From assembly GCA_046074325.1 (NCBI GenBank), contig JBJTNX010000070.1:1-49739 (forward strand): DNA of 49,739 nucleotides, in the 5' to 3' direction. This DNA comes from Sphingomonadales bacterium. GTDB taxonomy: Bacteria > Bacteroidota > Bacteroidia > Flavobacteriales_D > Crocinitomicaceae. Shown here piece after piece: positions 20,296 to 29,390 of the stretch (position 1 is the stretch's first letter; the number at the start of each line of letters is the position of its first letter). The notes below the pieces were generated by a model. The model was given only the letters and a program-made list of their open reading frames with translations, ran no database searches and was not told where the DNA came from. Position numbers and translations under genes: made by a program.

Positions 20296-20772
20296 TTATT
20301 GGCCAAAATCAAAATCGGGATTCTGCTCAATAATTTCCCAAGTATGGTCGGCAAGCAATTTAACACTGGCCAAAAATTCGAGGTCTTTGCCTGATTTTCC
20401 CCAAGCGTTCTGATCGATCAAGGACAACATGAGTTTTTGATCTGCCTTACGGTACAAATGATAGGTATGATTGATTAATGGTTCAAAACGCAGTTCTGTT
20501 TGATAGATATAATCAGATATGGTTTTTCTGGCTTGAATCTTTTGTGCTTGGGCGGCCAATAGCTGCATTTGTTCATATATCTGAGACAATTGCATATCGG
20601 TTTGTTGGTTCATGGCGCTGAGGGCTCTTCCTTTGAGTTTACCCGTGTCTTCAGGCTTGATAACAGTACCGCCAACGGTGTGCGCATAAGGCAATAAATG
20701 TGGATTCAGTGCAATTTTATCGGGGTCAATAGGATTGACAAACGGTGCTTCTGTTTGTTTTTTTTGCTTCAT
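20296..20772 (-). CDS. Conserved hypothetical protein (possibly DUF2452 family)
   Basis: 158 aa, no signal peptide. Lies 3 nt downstream of the FAD oxidoreductase stop on the same strand. The family assignment is from memory only. Confidence 0.55.
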   Translation of the reverse strand: MKQKKQTEAPFVNPIDPDKIALNPHLLPYAHTVGGTVIKPEDTGKLKGRALSAMNQQTDMQLSQIYEQMQLLAAQAQKIQARKTISDYIYQTELRFEPLINHTYHLYRKADQKLMLSLIDQNAWGKSGKDLEFLASVKLLADHTWEIIEQNPDFDFGQ

Positions 20773-20775
20773 GCT

Positions 20776-21897
20776 CTAAACCAATTTACTAAGGGCTTCT
20801 CCAACTGCAGAACCAATTGCCACGCCCATTCCTCCCATTCGAACACCTGCGTGCACGTTTTTGTTCAGCGATTTAATAATTGGTTTTTTTTCATTACCTA
20901 CACACATAATTCCAGACCAGGCACGTTCGATTTCAAAAGGAACCCCCGGAAGTATTTCTGTACTCAGTTTTTTCAGAAGGGCTTCGTGGATAAGCGCATT
21001 TGATTCAAATTTAGTGGTCGTTTCTCCCTCAAAATCCAAATGCCGACCACCGCCTAATAAAATACGGTCACCAATATCCCTAAAATAGTAGTAACCGCGC
21101 TCACTATGGAAAGTACCTCTTAGTTGGTGAGCAAGCGGTTTGGTGACTACAACTTGAGCCCTGGCCGGTTTCATTTCGTTTTGAAAATAAGGCTGCGCAA
21201 ATCCATTGGTGCATAAAAAGAGTTCTACGCAGTTTAATTCGCCGCGATTGGTGTGGATATGTACTTGATTGCGGTTATTTTCAAAAGAAAGTACTTCTGT
21301 TGCAAATAAAAAACGAATATCTGCAGCAATGCATTTTTGATAAAGTGTATGAATCAGTAGACCGGTGTCAATGCTACCTTCATAGGGATTGAAATAAGCA
21401 GAACGGAAGCCTTTGAAGCCAAATTTGCAGATGCTTTGGTCATTTTGCCTATACACTTCTTGAAGACCAAAACGCTTTTCAAATTCAAGGTTGAGGTAAC
21501 CTATAGCTGCGTTATCAATAGGCAATTCGGTAGCAGAAATGAGGTCCCAAGACCCACAATTTTGGTAGTTCATTCCCTTTTCACCAACGCGCTCCTTAAG
21601 TAAGCGCAGGCCTTCTAGACGGAGTGCTACTGTATCCCAAATGGTTTGCTCGGGAATATGCGCGAGGTCATCGAGTAATTCTGTCGGGCTTCCAAAACAA
21701 GTGAATCCTGCATTTTTGGTGCTGGCACCGGTCGGTAAGTAGCCCCTTTCAATGATGCAAATTTTTTCACTGGGGAACCGCTCTCTTAATGAAAGCGCGG
21801 TAGACATGCCAACAAGCCCTGCACCTACAATAACAAAGGTATTGTGTGCTAAATACTGTTGGTGTTCCCAGAAGCTCAATTGCTCAAAATGCAGCAT
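20776..21897 (-). CDS. FAD-dependent oxidoreductase (DAO family)
   Basis: Start trimmed to ATG 21897 (MLHFEQLSFWE...). The Rossmann motif VIVGAGLVGMSTAL follows immediately. The tracked 462-aa ORF extension overlaps the divergent gene and promoter region. Confidence 0.8.
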   Translation of the reverse strand: MLHFEQLSFWEHQQYLAHNTFVIVGAGLVGMSTALSLRERFPSEKICIIERGYLPTGASTKNAGFTCFGSPTELLDDLAHIPEQTIWDTVALRLEGLRLLKERVGEKGMNYQNCGSWDLISATELPIDNAAIGYLNLEFEKRFGLQEVYRQNDQSICKFGFKGFRSAYFNPYEGSIDTGLLIHTLYQKCIAADIRFLFATEVLSFENNRNQVHIHTNRGELNCVELFLCTNGFAQPYFQNEMKPARAQVVVTKPLAHQLRGTFHSERGYYYFRDIGDRILLGGGRHLDFEGETTTKFESNALIHEALLKKLSTEILPGVPFEIERAWSGIMCVGNEKKPIIKSLNKNVHAGVRMGGMGVAIGSAVGEALSKLV

Positions 21898-21937
21898 TTT
21901 TTTTACTCGTTGATTTTTAGCAAATTTGTGTTTGAAA

Positions 21938-21945
21938 CAAATGTA
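21938..21945 (-). promoter_or_regulatory. Candidate -7 box (TACATTTG on minus strand) for the FAD oxidoreductase operon
   Basis: Exact TAnnTTTG match about 40 nt upstream of ATG 21897, in a divergent intergenic region. Confidence 0.3.
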
Positions 21946-21988
21946 CCAATTTGCGTTGAAAACAACATTTGACAAACCTTTGATTGCC

Positions 21989-24514
21989 ATGATAAAATTA
22001 TTCGCTTTTGTACTTATAATGCTTCCGTTTGCTTCGTTGGCGCAGCGCGATTTTTTAGTCGTCATCGAAGGGAACACCACCAATTTGCAAGACCAAAAGC
22101 CTGTTTTTGGCGTTAACGTTGACCTCATGCAACAAGATGCCGTCCTGACGAAAGTGTTGTCCAATGAAAGCGGCCAATATTATATTTCGGCGAAAATCAC
22201 ACAGGGGCAGCCGATTCAATTGCGTCTATCAAAAGGAGGTTACCTTACCAAATATATCCTCATCGATCTCACCGCCTTTCAAGGCCAAGCACAAAAACCG
22301 GCAGGACTTACACTGAGTCGTAACCTAGATGCTGCACTGTACCTATTGAAACCTGATGTCGACCTCAGTTTTGCCAAAAATACACCAACTGATAAATATG
22401 TTTGGTCTCCATCTGCACAGCGTTTGGAACACATTTCATTGGTGAAGTCCGATGCAGACACCAAAGCACTAGATGCTTATCTGGCAGCAGTTCACCTCAA
22501 AACGAAAAACCGTTTACTGCAAGAGGCAGACAAACAATTGGCGGCTCAGCAACCAGACAAAGCCATCATTTACTTAGATTCAATTTTAGTCATTTTACCT
22601 TCTGATCCAAGTGCTTTACAAAAAAAGCAAGTGATCCAAAAAGCCCAAGAAGACGCCAAATTAGCTGCAGCGCAAACAGCCAAACAAAACCAATTGTTAG
22701 AAGAAGCCCGTCTTGCCCTTGCTGCCCAAGACCTCAATTTAGCAGAGCGCAAACTCAAAGAAGCTTCTGCACTGCGTCCGGGCAATGCTGCCGTTGAACA
22801 AGAACTGGCAGCAGTTACAAAAGCGCGCATTGAGGCTGAACAAAACCAAGCCAAATCATTAGCTTTTCAAAAGACCATGCAGGCCGCGGCTGCCCTTATG
22901 ACGGCCAAACGCTACGACGAAGCGGCCTCAAAATACAACGAAGCACTCCAGATTCAGCCCACACAGAAAGATCAAGTCGATGCCGAATTGCGTAAAATCA
23001 AAGACATCAAACAAGATCTCTTAACTGAAGCAGAACTCAAAAAAACACTGAAATTGGCCAATGACCAATACTTACAAAAGAAGTACGATATCGCTTTGGA
23101 AACTTATAAGAAAGCAGACAAACAAATTGCACTTTTTCACAAGCAAAGCCTAATGGATACCTATTCCAAAGAGCTTCAAGCTGGCATGAAGCGCGTTACT
23201 GAAGGTATCAATTCGATGTCGCAGGTGTATCAAAATCAATTGGCCAAAGCCAATGAGAATTTCAACAAAGGGCCTCAATTCTACACTATGGCCAAAAATA
23301 TCCTCAATTCAGACCCGATGAAAAGTCGCCAAAACGAACCTGAGGTGATTGAGCTCAAGGAGAAAATCAGTGCCATGGAGGCGTACTATGCTGCACGAAA
23401 AGCGGCTTATGGCTTGGTTAAAACCAAAGATAACGCAGCCGCCCTGAAAGCCTTAGAAAAACTTCATGCAAATGCACAAAGTCATGTGGCGTACTTAGGT
23501 GTCAATGAACTCAATACTTTGCAAAAAAGTGCAGATTCTCTGCGTACCATTCTTGCTCCGGCAGTAGTTCAAACTCAAATAGATACCCCTGAGCCCGAAC
23601 CTGCGGGTATTCGTTTAAGTGCACCTGGACAAGAGGTTACATCTGATAATTCGATGGTCTTTTCAGATTTGCGTCAAACCCGAGATGCCAAAGAAGAAGC
23701 GCCATATCGAACCCAACAACAAATTCGTACTGAGGTAGAATACCAAAACTATTTCTCTCAACAAAATGCAGCTGTGGGCTCCTTCGAAACGACAGCGCAA
23801 TTAGAGCTTTCCCGATCACAGCGCGAACTCAGCACAAGACAAGCTGACCAGACCCAAGCCACTCTTCAAGCAGATAAAGCCAATGCAGCACAAGCTACCG
23901 AAGTAGCCATCACTGCACGCAATACTGCGGCAGCAGCAAGACAACAAGAAAACGATGTCAACTTAAGTGCTTGGAAGGACGCCAAAGACTATCAAGAACA
24001 AACTGAAGTAAAAGCTGCTGACGAACGTCAACAATACGAGTTGAATCGCCTCAATACCATACAAAATCAAAAAGACTTGCAATTGCATCAACAGGCGGTA
24101 CAAGCCGAAAAGGACGTCAATGAACTCAATCAAAGAAGTCAGACAGTGGCCTACACCAAGCAAGTACAGCAAGATGCTGCGTCCAACGGAGGCATTACTC
24201 AGTATGAGCAAATACAGCAAACTGCTGCCTCTACAGTACAATTGAAAACAACTCCAAATTACCTCAGAGATGAAAATGGTGTGTTGTTCCCTTCCAATAC
24301 CATGACAGAAAAAACCTATCAGATCAAAAATAAGGAAGGATATGTAACAAAGGTTGTGATCCGAAGAGTGGTTGTTGATGCCAACGGTTATGGCGTGGTT
24401 TACGAACAGACTACCGACGAAAACGGCAAAACTTATTTTACAAGAGATGGACAAGTGAGTACAGAATACGTATGGTTCAATGACTCCACTGGTGCCAACG
24501 TTCTGAAAAAATAA
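21989..24514 (+). CDS. Secreted protein: CarboxypepD_reg-like N-domain followed by about 600 aa of TPR-like/coiled-coil A/Q/K/E-rich helix
   Basis: Start chosen at ATG 21989 (MIKLFAFVLIMLPFASLAQ, a clean signal peptide). Long helical low-complexity body and a small beta-rich C-terminal module. Confidence 0.65.
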   Translation: MIKLFAFVLIMLPFASLAQRDFLVVIEGNTTNLQDQKPVFGVNVDLMQQDAVLTKVLSNESGQYYISAKITQGQPIQLRLSKGGYLTKYILIDLTAFQGQAQKPAGLTLSRNLDAALYLLKPDVDLSFAKNTPTDKYVWSPSAQRLEHISLVKSDADTKALDAYLAAVHLKTKNRLLQEADKQLAAQQPDKAIIYLDSILVILPSDPSALQKKQVIQKAQEDAKLAAAQTAKQNQLLEEARLALAAQDLNLAERKLKEASALRPGNAAVEQELAAVTKARIEAEQNQAKSLAFQKTMQAAAALMTAKRYDEAASKYNEALQIQPTQKDQVDAELRKIKDIKQDLLTEAELKKTLKLANDQYLQKKYDIALETYKKADKQIALFHKQSLMDTYSKELQAGMKRVTEGINSMSQVYQNQLAKANENFNKGPQFYTMAKNILNSDPMKSRQNEPEVIELKEKISAMEAYYAARKAAYGLVKTKDNAAALKALEKLHANAQSHVAYLGVNELNTLQKSADSLRTILAPAVVQTQIDTPEPEPAGIRLSAPGQEVTSDNSMVFSDLRQTRDAKEEAPYRTQQQIRTEVEYQNYFSQQNAAVGSFETTAQLELSRSQRELSTRQADQTQATLQADKANAAQATEVAITARNTAAAARQQENDVNLSAWKDAKDYQEQTEVKAADERQQYELNRLNTIQNQKDLQLHQQAVQAEKDVNELNQRSQTVAYTKQVQQDAASNGGITQYEQIQQTAASTVQLKTTPNYLRDENGVLFPSNTMTEKTYQIKNKEGYVTKVVIRRVVVDANGYGVVYEQTTDENGKTYFTRDGQVSTEYVWFNDSTGANVLKK

Positions 24515-24519
24515 TACAC

Positions 24520-25878
24520 ATGCAAGTTCATTTTATTGCCATTGGCGGAAGTGCCATGCACAACCTCGCTATTGCTTTGTCTAGAAAAGGAATAGAGGTG
24601 ACGGGTTCTGACGACGAAATCTTTGAGCCTTCGCGTTCTAGACTCCAAAAACAAGGTATTTTACCAGAGAACCTTGGCTGGGATGCCACACGTATTCACA
24701 GTGGTCTATCTGCTGTTATTTTGGGTATGCACGCCCGTGAAGACAACCCAGAACTTGCTGCAGCCAAGGCACTCCGTATTCCAATTTACAGCTACCCTGA
24801 GTATCTCTACGAACAAAGCAAGAACAAGACGCGCGTTGTCATTGGCGGTAGTCATGGAAAAACAACCATTACCTCTATGCTCCTGCATGCTGTGGCTAAA
24901 TTAGGCCTCGAGGTCGACTACATGGTCGGCGCGCAACTCGATGGCTACGATTGCATGGTTCGTTTATCGGATACCGCTCAATTTATGATTTTAGAGGGAG
25001 ACGAATACCTGAGCTCGCCAATTGATCGCCGTCCAAAATTTCACTTGTATCAACCAAACATAGCCTTACTTTCGGGTATCGCCTGGGACCACATTAACGT
25101 CTTTCCAACTTTTGAAAATTACGTTTCACAATTTGCACAGTTTATTGAGCTCATCGAATCCGGTGGTGCTTTGGTCTATAATCAAGAAGATCAAATCATT
25201 GTTGATCTCGCTAACCAGACGACGCATATTCAAAAAATACCTTACGCCACACCAGTTTTTGAGCCGGTTGAAGGCGGAACAGTTCTTCAATTTGAAGGTA
25301 AAAACTATCCACTAAGTATTTTTGGTGCACATAATCTTCAAAACCTCATGGGCGCCATGCGCGTCGCCCAACAAATGGGTATTGAGCCAACTGCTTTTCT
25401 GGATGCTATGGCTGATTTCACTGGAGCAGGAAAGCGTCTGCAAAAAGTAACTGAAGCACCTGATTTTGTGATGTACAAAGATTTTGCACACTCTCCGTCC
25501 AAACTCAAAGCAACTACCGCAGCCGTCAAGCAACAGTATCCGAACCGAGAGGTGGTGGCATGTATGGAACTCCATACTTTTAGTTCCTTACAAAAAGCCT
25601 TTTTGCCACAATACAATGGCGCGATGAGCAGCGCAGATCAAGCGCTGGTTTATTTTAGTCCAGAAGTTGTGGCGCATAAGAAATTACCGGAATTATCAGA
25701 TTTAGAGGTCGCTGAAGGCTTTGGAGGCGGTGTTCAGGTTTGTACGCAAACCGACGCTGTTTTGGATTTTATCAACGCTCAGAATTGGCACAATAAGGTG
25801 TTACTCCTGATGTCGAGTGGTAATTTTGATGGCATTGATTACGATGCTTTAGGAGCGCAATTGCTGGCTAGTCTCTAA
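24520..25878 (+). CDS. mpl: UDP-N-acetylmuramate:L-alanyl-gamma-D-glutamyl-meso-DAP ligase (murein peptide ligase, Mur ligase family)
   Basis: 452 aa. HFIAIGGSAMHNLA...EVTGSD N-domain, P-loop GSHGKTTITSM, DEYLSS, and overall Mpl-like layout. Confidence 0.8.
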   Translation: MQVHFIAIGGSAMHNLAIALSRKGIEVTGSDDEIFEPSRSRLQKQGILPENLGWDATRIHSGLSAVILGMHAREDNPELAAAKALRIPIYSYPEYLYEQSKNKTRVVIGGSHGKTTITSMLLHAVAKLGLEVDYMVGAQLDGYDCMVRLSDTAQFMILEGDEYLSSPIDRRPKFHLYQPNIALLSGIAWDHINVFPTFENYVSQFAQFIELIESGGALVYNQEDQIIVDLANQTTHIQKIPYATPVFEPVEGGTVLQFEGKNYPLSIFGAHNLQNLMGAMRVAQQMGIEPTAFLDAMADFTGAGKRLQKVTEAPDFVMYKDFAHSPSKLKATTAAVKQQYPNREVVACMELHTFSSLQKAFLPQYNGAMSSADQALVYFSPEVVAHKKLPELSDLEVAEGFGGGVQVCTQTDAVLDFINAQNWHNKVLLLMSSGNFDGIDYDALGAQLLASL

Positions 25879-26407
25879 AAATTACTTTGCGGTAAATGAC
25901 GGCAATCAGTAAACTATTGAGTGTGCTGTAAACCAAAAGCGCCAGTAAACTAATACTCAAGGTGAACTGCGGGTTGTACATCATGGCTGTGTTTTTTCTG
26001 GCCATTTGCACGATCTCTTTGTCGGTTTTGTTTTCAAGTGCACTATTTGCCTTTCGGATCGCAGCGATTTCTTTTGCTGAATCCATTCTTTGCGCATAGG
26101 CCGCTAATTTGTGTTGGTTGAATTCCGGATAAATATCTCTGTAATAAAAGAACAAGAAAAAGCTGACAATGAGGGTGTAAGGCAACCCGACGCTGAGACC
26201 AGTTTTGATATCAGTGAGGATATTGCTTTCGGTTTCTTGCCTTTTTTGACGGTACATAAACAATGCGATAGCGGCAGTCAAGAAGGCCATATTAAGCAAT
26301 ACAAAGATTTGAATGTCATCTAGGTGCCATTCGAGTGCAAAGGCTGTCATTTTAATAGCAATCCAGCCTATGCTAAAAAGCAAAGCGTACAACCAACCGT
26401 TTTTCAT
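25868..26407 (-). CDS. Small 4-TM membrane protein (possibly DUF4199 family)
   Basis: 179 aa with four hydrophobic segments. The start ATG shares one base with the rho stop (TAATG). Confidence 0.55.
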   Translation of the reverse strand: MKNGWLYALLFSIGWIAIKMTAFALEWHLDDIQIFVLLNMAFLTAAIALFMYRQKRQETESNILTDIKTGLSVGLPYTLIVSFFLFFYYRDIYPEFNQHKLAAYAQRMDSAKEIAAIRKANSALENKTDKEIVQMARKNTAMMYNPQFTLSISLLALLVYSTLNSLLIAVIYRKVIFRD

Positions 26408-26643
26408 TAGCTATTCATTGACACCAAAAATTCTTCGTTAGAAAGCGTGTTCTCCATGTGTGATTTCATAAACTCCATGGCTTCGACTGGGTTCATGTCA
26501 GCAATGAACTTACGGATCAACCAAACGCGCTGAAGTACATCCTTGCCAACCAGAAGGTCTTCACGGCGCGTACCAGAGGCGGTAATGTCAATGGCTGGGT
26601 AGATGCGTCGGTTTGAAATTTTACGATCGAGTTGGAGCTCCAT
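26407..26643 (-). CDS. rho: Rho C-terminal fragment (78 aa; carries the SGTR arginine-finger region), in frame with the upstream rho ORF
   Basis: MELQLDRKISNRRIYPAIDITASGTRREDLL... matches the Rho segment following EEFKGTGN. It is separated from the 449-aa ORF only by TAA plus GGC ACC GGC AAT (GTGN), all in one frame. Confidence 0.8.
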   Translation of the reverse strand: MELQLDRKISNRRIYPAIDITASGTRREDLLVGKDVLQRVWLIRKFIADMNPVEAMEFMKSHMENTLSNEEFLVSMNS

Positions 26644-26655
26644 ATTGCCGGTGCC

Positions 26656-26658
26656 TTA
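26656..26658 (-). other. rho: In-frame TAA replacing the conserved Lys codon of the Rho EEF-K-GTGNME motif
   Basis: Minus strand reads TTC GAA GAA TTC TAA GGC ACC GGC AAT ATG GAG. One base change from AAA (Lys). Confidence 0.8.
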
Positions 26659-28005
26659 GAATTCTTCGAAGATGACTTCGTCCATCTTGGAACCTGTTTC
26701 GGTAAGCGCAGTGGCAAGAATGGATAGGGATCCGCCGTTTTCAATTTTTCTGGCCGAACCAAAAAAGCGTTTTGGTTTATGGAGTGCATTTGCATCAACA
26801 CCTCCTGATAAAACCTTACCAGAAGCAGGCGATACCGTATTGTAGGCACGTGCCAGACGCGTAATGGAGTCCAGTAGGATGCAGACGTCGTGACCGCACT
26901 CTACCATACGCTTGGCTTTTTCAAGGACCATATTGGCCACTTTTACGTGTCGGTCTGCAGGCTCATCGAAAGTGGAGGCAATTACTTCTGCTTTTACAGA
27001 ACGGGCCATATCGGTCACCTCTTCTGGGCGTTCGTCGATGAGTAAAACAATGAGATAGGTTTCAGGATGATTGGCGGCGATGGCATTCGCGACATCCTTT
27101 AAAAGCATGGTTTTACCCGTTTTGGGCTGCGCGACAATCATGCCGCGTTGGCCTTTTCCGATGGGGGCAAATAGATCCATGACGCGCGTAGAAAGCGTTT
27201 CTTGGGCATGACCTGTCAGCTTGAATTTCTCAGAAGGGAAGAGCGGAGTCAGGTATTGAAAAGGAACGCGGTCTCTGATGTATGACGGGTCGCGACCGTT
27301 GATCGATTCTACTTTTACGAGCGGGAAGAATTTTTCGCCCTCACGCGGAGGTCTAATTGTGGCCTTAACGGTATCTCCGGTCTTGAGGCCATATGATTTA
27401 ATTTGATGTTGTGATACATAAACATCATCAGGGGAAGGTAAGTAGTTATAGTCAGAGGAACGCAAAAATCCATAGCCATCTTGAATGACCTCTAGGACCC
27501 CTTCTGCAGAGACAATACCGACCAAATCAAATTGTTCTTCTTTGAGGGCTTGTTCGTTGCGTTGCTGCTGTTGTTGTTCGTTGCGTTGCTGTTGTTGTTC
27601 GTTGCGCGATGGTCTATTTTGATGCTCCGATTTGCTTTGTTGTTCCTGGCGCTCAGGTCGCTCGCGACGCTCAGGTCGTTGTTGACGATTTTGGTGTTCA
27701 TGGCGCGGTTTCTCTTGCTTGGTTTCAGCAGGAGTTTCGGCAGGAGTTTCGGCAGGTGTTTCGGTAATCGTTTCGGCAGGAGTTTCGGTAATCGTTTCAG
27801 TGTTGTCCTGGGTTGACGCTGAGACCGCCTCTTTTGGTTTACGACCTCTCTTCTTTGGCGCATTATTTTCTTCGCTAGAAGGCGCGTTTGCGGTAAGCGC
27901 TGCAATGATTTCGTTTTTTTTCATGTTGCTGGCATCAATGCCAACAGTTTGCGCTATAACGCGGAGGTCTGAGATTTTTTTGCTCTCGAGGGTTTTGATA
28001 TCCAT
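26656..28005 (-). CDS. rho: Transcription termination factor Rho, N-terminal 449 aa (ends at a premature in-frame TAA)
   Basis: N-terminal helix bundle, about 115 aa of low-complexity insertion, OB/CSD ([14 protein letters not shown]), Walker A (AQPKTGKT), Walker B (LLIDE), and [13 protein letters not shown] followed by TAA at 26656-26658. Confidence 0.85.
   Translation of the reverse strand: MDIKTLESKKISDLRVIAQTVGIDASNMKKNEIIAALTANAPSSEENNAPKKRGRKPKEAVSASTQDNTETITETPAETITETPAETPAETPAETKQEKPRHEHQNRQQRPERRERPERQEQQSKSEHQNRPSRNEQQQQRNEQQQQQRNEQALKEEQFDLVGIVSAEGVLEVIQDGYGFLRSSDYNYLPSPDDVYVSQHQIKSYGLKTGDTVKATIRPPREGEKFFPLVKVESINGRDPSYIRDRVPFQYLTPLFPSEKFKLTGHAQETLSTRVMDLFAPIGKGQRGMIVAQPKTGKTMLLKDVANAIAANHPETYLIVLLIDERPEEVTDMARSVKAEVIASTFDEPADRHVKVANMVLEKAKRMVECGHDVCILLDSITRLARAYNTVSPASGKVLSGGVDANALHKPKRFFGSARKIENGGSLSILATALTETGSKMDEVIFEEF
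27553..27606 (-). repeat. Imperfect 24/21-nt tandem coding repeat (Q/N/E/R-rich) in the rho insertion domain
   Basis: Plus strand ttcgttgcgttgctg(ctg)ttgttg repeated about 2.4 times; encodes RNEQQQQ(Q) units. Confidence 0.7.
27722..27800 (-). repeat. 12-nt tandem coding repeat, about 6.5 copies (encodes [26 protein letters not shown]), in the rho insertion domain
   Basis: Plus strand gtttc(a/g)g(c/t)a(g/a)(g/t)(a/t/c) units visible directly at 27722-27800. Confidence 0.75.
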
Positions 28006-28112
28006 TAATAAGATCTTAAGTGCTGATTTTGAAGATACCCCGAACGGGGTGTTTTGAAATGCGTTGCAAGTTTAAGTAAAAAAATGCGAATTGAAGCAAT
28101 TTCTTAATAAAA

Positions 28113-29390
28113 CTATGTTTTGCGTTTTTGCTTTTTAGCAGCAGGAAATAGTATGTTATTGAGAATGAGGCGGTATCCAGGAGAATTTGGATGTAGATTT
28201 AAGTCTGTAGGTGGGTCTCCAACAAGGTGTTGGTAATCTTCGGGGTCGTGGCCCCCGTAGAAAGTCCAGGTGCCTTGCCCAAATTCGCCATGGACATATT
28301 TGGCGGTATTTGCCGCTTTGTTTTCACCGAGTATTAAGACATTCGGCTTAATGAATTCTTTATGAAAATCGGTAGTTTGACCCATAAAGCCATTAATGAC
28401 ATCCACGTGACATTGTGTAAGCATTGTTGGAACGACATCCCATTTGGCCGAAAAATCAAATAAGGTAAATTGGTCGGTCTTTTCGGTGATCAGACGTTGC
28501 GTGCGCAGATCAGTGCCGTCGATATCGCTGTATTCATAGACCATGGGGTCTTTGATGATATGAAAGTTTTGAAATGCGAAAGTCTGGTTGAAATCGAGTT
28601 TTTCTTGTGCTTTGGGGTCTGAAGGGGTGCCATCAAAAATAGCTTCTTGTATGTCGACATTTTGAGCGGCAAGCGCGATATCGAAAGAGTCGGTTCCGGA
28701 ACACATGGTGAACAGAAAACCACCTCCAATAACAAAGTTGCGGATATTGAGCGCTACAGCCTTTTTGAGTGCGGCTGTTGACGCATATCCGAGTTTGGCA
28801 GCTGCAGCCTCTGAACGCTGGACTTCTTGTTGGTACCAACTTTGCATGCGCGCTGAGCTATAAAATTTACCGTACTGTCCAGTGAAGTCTTCGTGGTGCA
28901 GGTGCAGCCAATCGTACTTAGGAAGTACACCATTGACAATTGCGGAGTCGTAGATTTTGTCGTATTTAATTTCGGCGTAAGTGAGTACGAGTGTAACGGC
29001 GTCATCCCAAGGGAGTTTATTTGGGGGCGTGTAAACGGCGATTTTGGGCGCTTTCTCCAGCTGAACAACCTCCATATTTACTTCTGGATCGGCAATTTCT
29101 GACTTGATTTTATTGACTTGGCCGTCGGCTAAAATTTGATAGCTAACGTTTCGGAGTAGCAATTCTTCTTCTATGCGTTGCAAGTGGGGAATCAGAAAGC
29201 TTCCGCCACGGTAATTGAGCAGCCATTCGATAATGACTTGATTTTCTAAAGCCCAATAGGCCACGCCATATGCTTTGAGATGGTCCCTTTGACTTTCGTC
29301 CATTGGGACTAAAATCTGACTAGCGCTAAGTTGAAAGCTAAAGCAAAATGCAAAGAGCGTAAAAAGCAGTTTAGAATGGATCTTCCTCAT
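28113..29390 (-). CDS. Conserved secreted protein of unknown function (family often auto-annotated 'asparagine synthetase B'; possibly GATase1-like fold)
   Basis: Start chosen at ATG 29390 (MRKIHSKLLFTLFAFCFSFQLSAS signal peptide); it overlaps the dnaB 3' end by 20 nt. The ILVPMDESQRDHLKAYGVAYWAL motif is recalled from Flavobacteriia homologs. Function not supported. Confidence 0.55.
   Translation of the reverse strand: MRKIHSKLLFTLFAFCFSFQLSASQILVPMDESQRDHLKAYGVAYWALENQVIIEWLLNYRGGSFLIPHLQRIEEELLLRNVSYQILADGQVNKIKSEIADPEVNMEVVQLEKAPKIAVYTPPNKLPWDDAVTLVLTYAEIKYDKIYDSAIVNGVLPKYDWLHLHHEDFTGQYGKFYSSARMQSWYQQEVQRSEAAAAKLGYASTAALKKAVALNIRNFVIGGGFLFTMCSGTDSFDIALAAQNVDIQEAIFDGTPSDPKAQEKLDFNQTFAFQNFHIIKDPMVYEYSDIDGTDLRTQRLITEKTDQFTLFDFSAKWDVVPTMLTQCHVDVINGFMGQTTDFHKEFIKPNVLILGENKAANTAKYVHGEFGQGTWTFYGGHDPEDYQHLVGDPPTDLNLHPNSPGYRLILNNILFPAAKKQKRKT

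Noticed and set aside
21898-22164. The 462-aa version of the FAD oxidoreductase ORF (20776-22164), and the upstream start at 21926 for the divergent gene, which would make the two genes overlap by about 240 nt.
   Set aside because: The N-terminal 89 aa has no homology pattern and precedes the Rossmann GxGxxG start. The internal starts (21897 and 21989) give a normal N-terminus and a clean signal peptide, and they leave a divergent promoter region.
26656-26658. Possibility that TAA is reassigned to a sense codon in this organism, which would explain the rho in-frame stop.
   Set aside because: Many clearly complete genes in the window terminate at TAA at the expected homologous end (accD, fbaA, the rho C-terminus itself, the dnaX zero frame, dnaB). 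Global reassignment is therefore not supported.
27540-27810. Short tandem direct repeats that might be mistaken for a CRISPR array or VNTR locus.
   Set aside because: The units are 12-24 nt, contiguous without spacers, and in frame within rho. No cas genes or repeat-spacer architecture are present.
28037-28056. Hairpin ACCCC-GAAC-GGGGT with a plus-strand GTTTTG tail in the rho 5' region.
   Set aside because: The stem is short (5 bp), and the U-run is on the wrong strand to terminate the upstream minus-strand gene. It may be part of the rho leader, but there is not enough evidence to call a terminator or attenuator.
27492-28057. Three overlapping ORFs (27492-27905 minus; 27532-27816 and 27719-28057 plus) with repetitive translations, inside or antisense to rho.
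   Set aside because: They are frame and antisense artefacts of the low-complexity tandem repeats in the rho insertion domain. The rho frame has clear homology, and the others are repeat-driven open frames with no motifs.
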